The notes under the pieces: model-generated | The model's database searches: none | Told to the model about the DNA's origin: nothing | What the model saw: the letters and a program-made list of their open reading frames with translations, nothing else | Shown: positions 12,653-25,135 of the stretch, in pieces | Layout: each line of letters opens with the position of its first letter | Numbering within the stretch: position 1 is the stretch's first letter | DNA from: Chiloscyllium plagiosum | Taxonomy: Eukaryota | Direction of reading: 5' to 3' | Length of the DNA stretch: 64,000 nucleotides | Assembly (NCBI RefSeq): GCF_004010195.1 | Contig: NC_057718.1 | Coordinates: forward strand, 66,225,351 to 66,289,350 | Position numbers and translations under genes: made by a program

Positions 12653-13000
12653 GGGAGAAAGTGAGAACTGTAGATGCTGGAGATTAGAGTTGAGTGTGGT
12701 GCTGAAAAAGCACAGCAGGTCAGACAGCATCCGAGAAGCAGGAGAATCGATATTTTGGGCATAATCCCTTCATCAAGAATGAAGCTTGTGGACCGGGACT
12801 GAGACATAAATGGGAGGGGGAGGGGTTTGGCTTCCTCCAGGCATTGGGTGGTTAGGGTTTGGTGATGGAGGAGGCCCAGGACCTGCATGTCCTTGATGGA
12901 GTTGGAGGGGGAGCTGAAGTGTTCAGCCATTGGGCTGAGGGGTTTGGTGGTGTGGGTGTCCCAGAGATTTTCTCTGAAACAATCTGCAGGTTGACATCCT
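12653..13000 (-). mobile_element. Penelope-like 3' fragment (family B)
   Basis: 'AEHFSSPSNSIKDMQVLGL' and a terminal repeat shared with 22960-23423. Confidence 0.85.
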
Positions 13001-16000
13001 GTGGGTGGTAGGAACAGTCAGGTGAGTGATTTTTGGCTAAAGAGTGGTTGCACTTTTTCAAATTGCACACGTGGTCGTGTTGGAAAGTTATTTCCCAAGT
13101 GGATTTTTTTTCACAGTACAACATTTTGTTTCAGTTGGTTTAGATTTCAGCATCATTAAGTCTGGTCAGACTGAGGAATTAGAAAAATCTGTGGAAAATC
13201 TCAATTCATCCATTCCACAGGAGAAAGGGTGCCCAGTCAAAGATTAAAACACACTTTGTTGAGTCACAGATGTGTTGGCAGAAAAGCTATGTGATGTGGA
13301 TAACTGATGGGTAAAAAATTAATCATTTTAAAAATAATTAGTAGAACAAAGCCTAAAAGATAGGAGAAACCAACTGTTCCACTTTAATTCTAATTAGTTT
13401 GTATAGTAACCCCATTAACAATTTAACTAGCAGAACAACCAAACTCTCTTCCTTTTTAATATTGTACTCATCCTGCAATGGTCCCTGAAGACACTTTTAA
13501 CTCTGGGCCTTGCACTAAACCAGCAGAGCTGTAGGCAGTTATGCTGTTGTGTTTGTAATTTTAAAACATCATTACATTCCTGATTGATCCCCAGCATATT
13601 TAAAAAAAAACTCTATTATACTAACTTGCACAAGAATGTTAATTAAGATCAGTCTAGGCTAAATTGAGTTTCATCTGTGGGATTTTAATTTTTTTTACTG
13701 GTCGTTGCACTCTTCAATAACATGATTCAGATCTGAATCAAGATAATTAAATATTGTCAATTTTTGTATATAGTCTAATTTTTTTTTGACCCTAACACAC
13801 ACACATTCTCTTGGACAATGAATACATTCTTACACTGTGAGCTAGGAGAGTGAACACGCAATGTTGCAGTGTACATCCTGGGTTTTTAAAGTTCAAAATA
13901 TAAGGAAATTTGAATTTGACTTGAAATATTTAGAACTCTACATCCCCGTTTCTCTCAGAACTAATTTTATTTAATTTTGTTGCACAAAATGTAGAAAGCT
14001 GTTTTATGGATTCAAATACGTTGCAAAATAATGAAAAGTTTTTGAGTCCAGTATTATGTTAATTTCACAAATTCAGATTTCCAGTTAAATGTCTTGTGCA
14101 AAATTTAGATCCCAATATTGCTCAAAATTGATTCTTGTCAGAGGGCTGTGTAATCCTGCTTGGGGAGATGGAGTGAAGAGATCACAAGGATGTAGCTAAG
14201 CAATCCACAGAAATGTCAATCGGTTCACGTTTTGGGTTACAAAAGCACAATGTTAATAGCCTCTGAGTTGATCAGCCTGTTTATGTATTGTAAGAGGTTA
14301 CAGGTTATAGGTACTCACTTTTAACTGTGATCCATTCTAATGGGTTTGCATTATAATGAAGGATAATTACCATCCTTCATTGTTTCTAAAATTAGTCGCT
14401 TTATCTTCAGTGAAATTTAATATTTCACCCTTAAATTAAAGTATTTCCAGATAAGCTGGATGGATGGGGGGTAATCCATCCTTAGGTTTCAACAATTTAA
14501 TTATTTTAATGTCTCATTTCCTTTTAAGAACTCATCACTGCTGAATTTTCATCCCTTTTATTCTCCCTCGTGCTAAATGTGTATATGCAGCTTTCTCTAA
14601 AACTGATTGTGTAATAAAATCTTGATTTTTAAACCATAGTAACTATATGCTTTATTAACTGCTCTGTCCATCTGTCTGACTGCCTTCAATGATCTATCCA
14701 TATATACACCCCAGGTCCATCTGCTCTTGCACCCCTTTTAGAATTGACCTCCTATTCTTTCAATGTTCTTCCTACCAAAATGCATCACCACACACTTGTC
14801 TGCATTGAAATCCATCTGACACCTATCCACCCATTTCTACTTACCTGGAATTAATTTTTGGGGCCTTGTGATCACATCAGAGACAATTGACCAATTGTAA
14901 GCAATTTTCAAAAAGCCTATTAAAAGTTTTTAAGCAGCAGCTGAGATACAATACACTATCCTATTAGAAAATAAATACATAACCTGTGAATCCTTAACAG
15001 TTGTTCAATGGGTATCATGACCTCCTCAATGATTCTTGTGATTCTCCCCTGTTGGTTAATATGCGAGAAACTTGGAAAGTTTGTTACTGGTGTAATAGTT
15101 AAATAAAATCTCGTGCTACACAGTAAGTATTGGAAATTCAGTTTTAAAGGAATGTGTTCTCTTTTTGGAGTTCTACACTGTCCTCACATTTTATAACCAT
15201 CCAAATGGCCCCTGCATACCAAGATCTAGATCGTTAATATATGTCAGGGAAAGCAAGGATCCTTTTAACCATACTCTGGGGAACTTCACTACAAATCTTC
15301 CCTCAGCCTGAAAAACATTCATTGACCACTACTTATGTTTCCTATCACTCAGCCAATTTTCGTATTCACGTTACTACCGTTCCTTTATTCCACCAGCTGT
15401 AACTTTAACTTGGCTGTAGAACTAATTATTAAGTGAGTTTAAATATCACCTGTGATTGCTAGTTCTCAAACATTTCAAAGATCTCATATTTGGACAAAGA
15501 CTTGGAGCTGTTTTGATCTGTTAACACTAAGTACTGTATATTCACTTTTTTGTTTTCTTGGGACAAGTGTACTCTGACTACAGTAAACATCAAAATGTTT
15601 CTCCATGATATGGCTTGTGTTTCACGCATCTGCATAAAGTCAGCAATCTCTATTGAGGCATTACATGGTCCTGCTTCTTGGAGGTCTTCCCTTGTAAATC
15701 CGTCTGTAATAAAGCTTCACTTTGCTTGGTATGACTGATCGAAAATCAAATTAGTGAGAAATTGTTTTGATTCTAATATTTCCCATGTAGGATCATTGTA
15801 CCTATCAGCAACAGCTTCTGCAACAACAGGAGTTGTTGACATATTTGCAGTCATACAAATTCAGTGCAGAGTTCAGGTTATAGAAAGGCATCATCAAGCC
15901 ACGGAGAAATAGCAAGCTCCAGTGCTGCCACACAGACTACAGAGGGAGAAGTTGCAGGCAGGAGTCCTCCTCACAATGCAGAGGGTATTGAGGGGACCAG

Positions 16001-16449
16001 AATTTACTGTCCTTGCTCTCATTTCTTCATCTGACACTATGGTGGTGTAGACTGAGGATGTCTCTGGACACCATAATAGAACTGTTGTCATCTACTGGCA
16101 CAGGACATATACTTGGAAGGAAAGGGTAGCCAGCCTTTCTCAGTTACCTTCAAGCAGGCATTGATTTTTAGGCTGAGTTTCTAGGTGAAGCAAAGGACTG
16201 AAAGGAAACGGATGTCATTTTCAAGTGTAGTGAAGTGGCTGCCTGTCCAAAGACGGCATAGCCTGAATGTAGTTTGCACAATAGAATTTATGTAACTTTC
16301 TTCCAGCAGCCACCTCCTTTCTCCCACGACCCCTGTGATCTCCATCTTCCCCCCCCCCCACCTCCCCAATCACTCCTAGATACAGTAGTCACATTTCTCA
16401 CTGTGTTCCTGGAGTAGTTGGCCTTGTCTCCCAACCCGTATTCTTGTTG

Positions 16450-17400
16450 TAAGTATAACCACCTAGCCTGTCCCAGTACAGTTGGAGCCCACAGTTGCTT
16501 TGCCTCCCTGATACCTTTTTGGAATGCAATAACATCACTTCCAGGCTCCCTGCAGTCTGTCATATCATTGCCAGGTAATGTCATTGGTCATGCCACTCCA
16601 CACATGCCATATATAATGTTATGGATAATAACTTTGTAGTTTTTATGCAATTGGCTTGTTCTAAGAATGTACTGGGGATCTGTGTGGAATCTGCTAGTCC
16701 TTAGACCACAAATGCTTCAAGAATGTTACAAATGCGATTTGTCCCAGATAAGACTGTTTCATCTCTTCCCCTTGACAAAATCAGCGCTACAGCCTAGGTG
16801 GTCGGCTTTGCTACCATGCTGTTTCATCCCAGATGATGGGTGCACATACATATTATGAGGACTGTATTTATTGATTGATTAAGTGAAATGTTTTACTGTC
16901 AGTCACTGTCTAACCTTTGTGATCATAACCAGCATTTCCTCTAATTCTTTACTTTTCAATATGAGCCTCCATGGTCTGTGACCCACATCAGCACACTGTT
17001 GTGTACTATGCAGTTTAGAACGTTATGCAGTTTAGAACGTTATGCATAGCTACTGCATCTTCGAGATCTGTGTCAGTATCCTGGAAACTGCCATGATGCT
17101 TCAAGTTCTTGCCTCATTTCAAGATCTAGTTGTCATGAGTAGATGGCTTGTGGGAGTTGAGGGCCATTCTTTCCAGCCATGCTTGACTTCCTGTTTTGAT
17201 AGAACTCGCCAAGTGCAGGTACAGTGCTGCCCATTCTTCAACTAGGGGCATCACGGACCAGATGATGGCTGCTCAAGATGAGATTCCAATGCTTGGATCG
17301 ATCTGAATTGGCCTTGCAGTACATTACAGAGAGAGAGTATGCTGCATAATATTGGAATGCTGTGCGCTCAACAACTGGAACAGGGAAGAAACAATGTTTT
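16450..17400 (+). mobile_element. Very old LINE (L2/CR1-like) RT remnant
   Basis: Faint RT-like peptides ('RPQMLQEC', 'FDRTRQVQV'); heavily decayed. Confidence 0.35.
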
Positions 17401-17479
17401 GGATACGTCAGTGCTGGGACAGCAGCAGCAGTAGTCTTTCAAGGAGGAAGATGATAAGCAGGTGAAATTTCGTTTTTAG

Positions 17480-18385
17480 TTCTTGATAGTGATGCAGCAC
17501 TGGGTGCAAGAATGTAAATATTTTTGTTTTGCTGACATTGAAAGAGATTTGATATCATTGCACCACAACACCAAAACGTCTATCTCGTTCCCCTATTCTG
17601 ACTGTTATTTGATATCCATCCTACCACAATGGAGTCATCAGCAAACTTGTAAGTGGTGTTTGTTTGGAACTTGCCTACACAGTTGTGGGTGTGTCAGGAA
17701 TACAGTAGGGAGCTGAGAACTCATCCTTTGGGGTCTCCAGTGTTGAGGATTATCATGAAGGAGGTGCGGTTGTCTATCTTCACTTTGCAATCTGTGGGTC
17801 AGGAAACTGAGGAGCTAGTTGGAGAGTAAAGCCGAGACCTAGGTTTCAGTTTTAAGATTAGTCTAGAGGAGATTATATTGATGAAGGCGGAGCTGTAGTT
17901 GATGCGTATGGTGTCCTTCTTGGTGATGTAGGTGTCCTTTTATCCATATGTTCCAGGAAAGAGTGTAGGATTACGAAGTGGTGTCTGTTGTGGACCTGTT
18001 TTGTCTTTAGGCAAATTGCAGGGGATTGAGGCCGACTGGGAGGCTAGAGTAGATGTGGGCCATGACCATCTTCTCAAAGCACCTCCTTATTACAGAGTCA
18101 GAGCCACTGGGTGGTAGTCATTAAGGCAAGTTGCATATGCTTTCTTTGGTACTAGGCTGATGGTGGTGGTCTTGAAGCAGGTGGGGACCTCAGTTTGTAG
18201 GAGGGAAAGGTTGAAGATGTCAGTGAATATGTCAGGCAGCTGGTCCGCACAGGATGTAAGTGCATGGTCGGGAACTTTGGGCATGTTGCTTTCCTTTGGA
18301 TGACTCCCAGGAAGTGGTGATAGAGAACAGGTGCGGCCAGGGCTGTTGGGGCAGATGACACTGCACCACTGGCAGTCTGCTCCAA
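17480..18385 (-). mobile_element. Rex1/Babar-type LINE RT fragment
   Basis: CADQLPDIFTDIFNLSL..VPTCFKTTTISLVPKK..CLNDYHPVALT, followed by degenerate TG.P.G.VLS and YKFADD motifs. Confidence 0.85.
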
Positions 18386-20229
18386 TCGAGCATAGAAATA
18401 TTTGTGCCATTGTCAAGCTACCAGAAAATTAGGTTCCACTGCAATAACTATCCTTCTTGGTCAAACAGCTTGAAGAGTGATTGATTGCTTCAGTAAGATA
18501 GTGAATACTGCAGGCCTCTGTAGAAATCTACTGCAGTATGGGACTGTGTAATGAATTGAGGAAAGAAATGGGGAGGAAGTACTTAAATTATACTTGGGAT
18601 AGAGTGATTAAAAAGGGTTACTGAGGAGTCTGCAGCAAATCTAATTTTGGGTACCGATAAATCATTTGGAATAAAGACTGCATAATAATACTATGAATAA
18701 TAGACTTTTGGATGGAAGGCTTTAAATAACTAAGTCACCTTTTCAAAACGGCACATGTAATTTAACTTAGCATCAGGTTTATATTATACATTTTCACAGA
18801 GCCCTTAGTGTTTCAGTGAAAATTTGGGAGAATGCACATGTAACCTAAAACTTACATTACAGTCCCTAACCCAAATGGAATCATCTCATTGAAAAATCTA
18901 ATGCTGTTTGGCAGCATTACAAAGGAATAGATTTTAAACTAACGCAGAATACTGCAAATGCTTTTTTTTAAAAATAGATTTTAGCCTATTATATAAACTG
19001 ACACCAACTACTTGGAAGGCAGTAAAAGAGTTTGCATTCTAAAGTAGAAGTATACAGATAGATGTCTGGACCAGATTGGGAGGGAGTTATTAGAATTTGA
19101 TCCAGCGTTGGAGTTGTTTGGTTTATCTGGTCTGTGGTAATTCTTCTGAATAACTTTTGAAATAGCTGCATTCTGCTGCCCCTTTCCCTTCAAAGATTTA
19201 TCAATTTCTATTTTGAAAAGTCATTGCTGAATCAGGTTCCACCACCTTTTCAGATAATGTATTCTAGATCATAACTTCATTTAAAAAAAAAATCTCTTAC
19301 ACTTCACTATAGTTGTTTTGCCTGTTGCTTAAGCCTGAATCTGGTTAATGCTGCTATTATTGGAAATAATGTCCCTTTTCTTTGTTATTTGATTATTACA
19401 TGATTTTGAACACCTGTCAAATCCTCCTTTATCCTTCTCTAGTGTTATGAACGATCCCAGCTTCTCTACTCCTTTTTTTTTTTCCCCTCATAACTGAAGC
19501 TGTACATACAGTGAATGTCAACTGCAGCTTGTCTAAGGCCTTGATATTCTGTCCAAGTATAATGCCCAAAATTGGGTGAAATATTCCAGTGAGAACCTAA
19601 ACATTAATTAAAGTGTCAGCATAGCTTCTTTGCTGCTGTGTGTAATATTCGTTTTTCAAGACAGTGGAGGGATGGTGGTAATGAGGTCTGGGGTCCCATA
19701 TGCTTTTACTTGCAACTGAAAAGACTTTTCAACTTGTCTAAGATTATGTAGATAAACCATGAGGTGTCTCTGCAGCACCCCCTTTAAAGTTGTGTCATTT
19801 AGTTTCTTTCTTTGAAATTGCATCAATTGGCATTAATTGTTTCTGCCCACTTTGTGAGCTGTGATTGATCCATAGTGAACAACATGCAGACTTCTCTCCA
19901 GTCTAAAAAATCGGTATGCCAATTTTTAAAAAATCCATGCCACCACTTCTCCTTTTGATATTTTGCATCAATCAGAATTATTTATGACTTTTAAACAACA
20001 TACACTTTTAAAATACTTTCCAATTATTATAATAGTCATAGAGCATGAAAACAGATCCTTTGGTCCAAATCGTCCTTGCCAGCCAGGTTTCTCAAACAAA
20101 ATTTAATCAACCTGTTCAGAAATGTTAAGAGACACCTATGGAGCAGTTAGGACTTGAACCTGAGCTTCCTAGACCAGAGTTAGCGACACTGTCACTGTTC
20201 CACAAGATTCCTTCCAAACAGGTCTATTA

Positions 20230-20542
20230 CATGGTACTGCTACCTTACAGTGCCAGGGACCTGTGTTCGATTCCAGCCTCTGGTGACTGTGTGGAGTTTG
20301 CACATTCTCCCTGTGCCTGCAAGGATTTCCTCCCACAATACGAAGATGTGCAAGTCAGGTGAATTGGCTATGCAAAAATTGCCTATAATGCTAGGGGAAC
20401 GTGTAGGTTAGGTTAGGTGTATTAGTCGGGAAAATATAGGATAAGAGAGTAGCAGAATGGGTCAGGGTGGGTTACTAATCAGCAGGTTGGTGTGGACTTG
20501 TTGGGCCAAAGGGCATGTTTTCCCATGGTAGGGATTCTATGA
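20230..20542 (+). mobile_element. HE1-type SINE, diverged
   Basis: gttcgattcc B box; body similar to other copies. Confidence 0.8.
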
Positions 20543-20664
20543 AATGCCCTCTGAGAGTTAATTTACACATCAGCTGTATTAACTTAATACTTTCCATTAG
20601 TTCATTGAGGTCAATCAGTACTTAATTCAGTACATCCTTAACAGATTCTTTGTTTTTGCAAGGT

Positions 20665-21380
20665 TTGTGAAGGTTTGTAGCTCAGGTTGAGGTTTAGGGT
20701 GCAGGTTTGATATCCAGACGTTTCATTACCTGGCTAGGTAACATCATCAGTGGCGACCTCCAAGTGAAGCGAAGCTGTTGTCTCCTGCTTTCTATTTATA
20801 TCTTTCTCCTGGATGGGGTTCCTGGGGTTTGTGGTGATGTCATTTCCTGTTCGTTTTCTGACTGGTTGATTGATGGCATCTAGATCTATGTGTTTGTTTA
20901 TGGTGTTGTGGTTGGAGTGCCAGGCCTCTAGGAATTCTCTGGCATGTCTTTGCTTAGCCTGTCCCAGAATAGATGTGTTGTCCCAGTCAAAATGGTGTGT
21001 TTTTTTTTCATCCGTGTGTTGGGCTATGAGGGAGAGAGGGCCGTGTCTTTTTGTGGCTAACTGGTGTTCGTGTCTCCTGGTGGCTAACTTTCTTCCTGTT
21101 TGTCCTACATAGTGTTTGTGACAGTCGTTGCATAGAATTTTGTAGATGATGTTGGTTTTGTCCATGGGTTGTACTGGGTCTTTTAAGTTTGTTAGTTTTT
21201 GTTTGAGAGTGTTGGTGTGTTTGTGTGCTACTAGGATTCCGAGGGGTCTTAGTAGTCTGGCTGTTATTTCTGAAACTTCTTTGATGTATGGTAAGGTGGT
21301 TAGGGTTTCTGGCTGTGTTTGATCTGCTTGTCGTGGTTTGTTCCTGAGGAATCTGCGGACTGTATTTTTCGAGTATCCGG
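20665..21380 (-). mobile_element. Penelope-like element 3' part (GIY-YIG, family A)
   Basis: ORF 20734-21165: NIIYKILCNDCHKHYVGQTGRKLATRRHEH...REFLEAWHS. Homologous to 6085-6662. Confidence 0.92.
20714..20753 (-). ncRNA. Minimal type I hammerhead ribozyme motif (PLE family A)
   Basis: CCA-CUGAUGA-U-GUUACCU(AGCC)AGGUAAU-GAAAC-GUC-UGG: intact core, 7-bp stem II, stem I CCA/UGG. Confidence 0.75.
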
Positions 21381-21425
21381 AGAAGAACGGAATGAATTAA
21401 AGGGCCATGTAGAACTAGGGGGTTG

Positions 21426-21930
21426 TAGAACATAGAGCTGTAGCACAGAAGCGGGCCCTTTGGCCCACGATGTTGTGCAGAAGATGACGCCAAATGAAAT
21501 TAATCCCTTCTGCCTGCCCTTGGTTCATATCCCTCCATTCCTTGTATATTTCACATGCTTATCCAAAAGTCCCTTAAATACCCACATTGTATCTGCCTCC
21601 TCCACCATCCCTGTAGCACGTTCCAGACTCCTAGAACTCTGTTTTGTAAATACAAACTTGCCTCTCCCATCTCTCTCCTTAAATGCATGCCTAGATTCAG
21701 ACATTTCAACTCTGGGGACAGAGAAAGATTTTAACCATTAACCCTCTCTACGCATCTCAAACTTTATAGACTTCTATCAAGTCTCCCCTCAGCCTCTGCT
21801 GCTTCAGAGAAAACAATTCTGGTTTTCCTAGCCTCTCCTTATAGTTCATAGCCTCTGATCCAGGCAGCAATCTGGTTGACCTCTTCTGCACCCTCCAAAG
21901 CCTCTACCTTCTTCCTTTAGTGTGATTACC
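21426..21930 (-). mobile_element. CR1 3' fragment (ttctatg-tail type), decayed
   Basis: tagaacatag tail and antisense CR1 C-terminal motifs. Confidence 0.8.
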
Positions 21931-22959
21931 AGTAGAATAAAAATAAGAGGTCCCACATTTAATACTGAGGCAAGGAAGTGCATATTCTAAGGATGGAATG
22001 CCTTTTGAGGAATTCCTCCTTAGCCATGATATAATTGAATGGTGGAGTAAGCCTACTCTTACTTGTTTGTATTGTATAACTAGGTAAAAATCCTTTCTCT
22101 CAAAACTGCACATCACAAAAACAGCTTTTCCCTCTTGTGTTTATTCCTTGCAAAGTTCACAGCAATTGGAAAAACTGAAATCTGTGCTCTTTTTAAAGAA
22201 AGTTCTAATCCTGAGGTGAACCTGCAAAATGGCACAGATTGTAATTTGAAAATTTACCTAATTATTACACTACATGGTGTATGCTGTTAGTATTGTTTAA
22301 AACCTTAAATGTGATGCCATTTTAAGGAATATAATTCTGCATAATGATGTGTTCTCCATTTTGCTATAGTTGGATATCTTATTCGCAATCAAATTTCCAT
22401 TATGTAACCCAAATTAAAATCCATACCATTTCTATTGCTTCCAGCATGATGCTGCTAGTACCCACCTCTTTCCCTTCCCCTTCTCGAATGCTGAGACTGA
22501 CCTCTACATTTGGGAGACACAAGCAAGTACTCATTTTACGTGTTCATTATTGACATGTCTCCAGAGGAGAGAGCCAAGAATACTTGAATTGTCTCTATAT
22601 TTTGGAATGCCTGTGCTTGGGCTTTCTAATAAAATTGAGATGAATTTATTTGTCAAATATTCATTTATCAAACACATTAGGAGTTCATTGTTTTGATTTA
22701 TAAACTAAATAATCATTCTGTGATTTTGTTAAGACAAGTATTTAGGATTTTTTTTAAAAAGGGCAACATGTAGAACAGAAATGCTTTACAGAAGGATTGA
22801 GAAATAGTCTGTACTGGAGAATTGTTTTGATAATATGGAGCAGATTCGACTTGAAATATGGCTTCTGTTGGTATGTATGCATAGAAACAATTCTGGATTG
22901 AATAGTCTTGAGTAAATTTGCAAAAATCAGTCAGGAGGAATTCCTGGTTTTACTTTTAT

Positions 22960-23423
22960 TCCACATCCATCAAAGTTTTACCTGCACATCCACTAATATA
23001 ATTTATTGTATCCGTTGCTCCCGATGCGGTCTCCTCTACATTGGGGAGACTGGACGCCTCCTAGCAGAGTGCTTTAGGGAACATCTCCGGGACACCCGCA
23101 CCAATCAACCGCACCGCCCCGTGGCCCAACATTTCAACTCCCCCTCCCACTCTGCCGAGGACATGGACATGGAGGTCCTGGGCCTCCCTCACCGCCGCTC
23201 CCTCACCACCAGACGCCTGGAGGAAGAGCTACTTTCTCCCCACACCCACCCTCCTCTAGCTTATCTCTCCTTTGCCTTTGTTCCACTGCCTTTATTCCTG
23301 ATGAAGGGCTTTTGCCCGAAACGTCGATTTCGCTGCTCCGTGGATGCTGCCTGAACTGTTGTGCTCTTCCAGTACCACTAATCCAGAATCTGATTCCCAG
23401 CATCTGCAGTCATTGTTTCTACC
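22960..23423 (+). mobile_element. Penelope-like 3' part (GIY-YIG, family B), internally deleted
   Basis: FTCTSTNIIYCIRCSRCGLLYIGETGR...VAQHFNSPSHS, then the terminal repeat. Confidence 0.92.
23294..23329 (+). ncRNA. Minimal hammerhead ribozyme motif (PLE family B)
   Basis: UC-CUGAUGA-A-GGGC(UUUU)GCCC-GAAAC-GUC-GA: intact core, very short stem I. Confidence 0.65.
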
Positions 23424-23891
23424 TCATAGATAAGGAGATACTCTTACCACTTATAAATAGATTGAGAATGAGAAGGCACATATTTAGTGATTTACAAAAT
23501 AACCAACTGCAAAGTGAGCAAAGACAGATTGAACATGTGTGGCTTCTGTCTGGAATGTGCTCCTTAGAAATGGGTAGAAACAGCTTCAATTGATGTATTC
23601 AAAAGACTACGAAATGTTTCTATTCTAACGATGGGTAGGGCTGTGGAGGAAAAAATGAGACTAGACAATTGCAGGAAGTCAGAATGCTAATTCATAAAGC
23701 CATTGCAGATGTAGCTGGTCAAATGGTGGTCCCTTGCTCTGGGAATCCGTGAACTATACAGTTAAGTCATGTATTTTCTATATCACTGGTTGACACAGAT
23801 TTCTTATTATTGAGGATGGTCCTATATATAGTCTTTGATTTGATTTATATTTCTAAAGGAAGGAATCTATAATATTTTATAATATAATACA

Positions 23892-24373
23892 GCAGGAGCT
23901 ATGCCGCTAATCTTATGGTCGCCATATAAATTTTGTATTTGCCAAAAGCTAAACGTCTAACAATTATAACTACGTTTATTCATGATTTCTGAGCAGTTGA
24001 GTTAAATCAAATTTTGCCATACATAAGTTATACAATGAAATATGTTTGGCAGGTGCGACCTTTTTAAAAAAAGCATTCTATAATCAGTTGTTGTATTCTA
24101 CTGAAATGCACTGCCGCCTTAGTAGATTTTGCTCTTGTACCATCATGCATAGTGTAAGTTGAGAATTGTTGGGTTGTTGTACTCAAGCCCAGTTCCTGTA
24201 ACACCACAGACAGCCACTCCTTTGTATTTTGTCACTAACTGCTTGCTGTTGGCAGTGATGTCTCCCCAGGAGGTAGAAGAACAAGGTTATGCATCTCTCT
24301 GCAGGAGCTATGCCACTAATCTTATGGTCACAATATAAATTTTGTATTTGCCGAAAGCTAAACTTCTAACAAT
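23892..24373 (+). repeat. Dispersed 73-bp direct repeat (23892-23964 and 24301-24373)
   Basis: 68 of 73 positions identical by direct comparison. Confidence 0.9.
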
Positions 24374-24896
24374 GATTCAGACTACATCTGTTGCATTCTG
24401 TGCCTCTTACTGTTGTGTATAATATTGCAGGAAACAAAAGGTGCAAAATGTAATTATGCTCTCTGTAATTGAAAGTTAGCCACAACAAAGAAGTAATTTC
24501 ATTTGATCTACATACAGTCTATGATATTAATGAATGGCTTTGTTTAAAATATAATTGAGTCAGACAAGAAAGGGCATATATAAGCAATAATTGGCACCTG
24601 CTTGCGAGTTTATTATTTCAAATAGCAATTCACTGTCCAACACAGCATGTGAACTCTTCAAAGAAGACTCTGATATTACTTAATCTCATCGTGTATTATG
24701 CAGACTTACCTGATTTATTTTCTACAACATGACTAAACATCATATTGTAGTTTGGAAAATCAGTATTACTTGGCAATAACACCTTGCATGTCATCAGCAC
24801 TGAAATATAATATAAAATACATGTTCTGTTGTAGAGCAGTTTGATGCCTAGTTGTACAGTTCTTGGTCCAGGGTAGATCTGACTCCAAAGAGAGGA

Positions 24897-25135
24897 ATGA
24901 TTTGGGGATGCCAGTGTTGAACTGGGGTGTACAAAGTTTAAAGATCACACGACACCAGGTTATAGTCAAACAGGTTTAACTGGAAGCACTAGCTTTCGGA
25001 GCAGCGCTTCTTCAGGTGGGTGTGGAGGACACAGTTGTGTACTCCACAACCACCTGATGAAGGAGCATCGCTCCGAAAGCTAGTGTTTCCAATTAAACCT
25101 GTTGGACTATAACCGGGTGTTGTGATTTTCAACAA
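24897..25135. mobile_element. Penelope-derived fold-back mini-element (family C)
   Basis: ~87-bp inverted arms (24941-25027 / 25042-25130), the same sequence as the termini of 34075-34898. Confidence 0.85.
25051..25085 (+). ncRNA. Minimal hammerhead ribozyme motif (PLE family C)
   Basis: CAC-CUGAUGA-A-GGAGC(AUC)GCUCC-GAAAG-CUA-GUG: intact core, stem I CAC/GUG. Confidence 0.75.

Noticed and set aside
17008..17047. 17-bp tandem repeat tatgcagtttagaacgt
   Set aside because: Only about two units; ordinary slippage duplication with no spacer structure, so not CRISPR-like.
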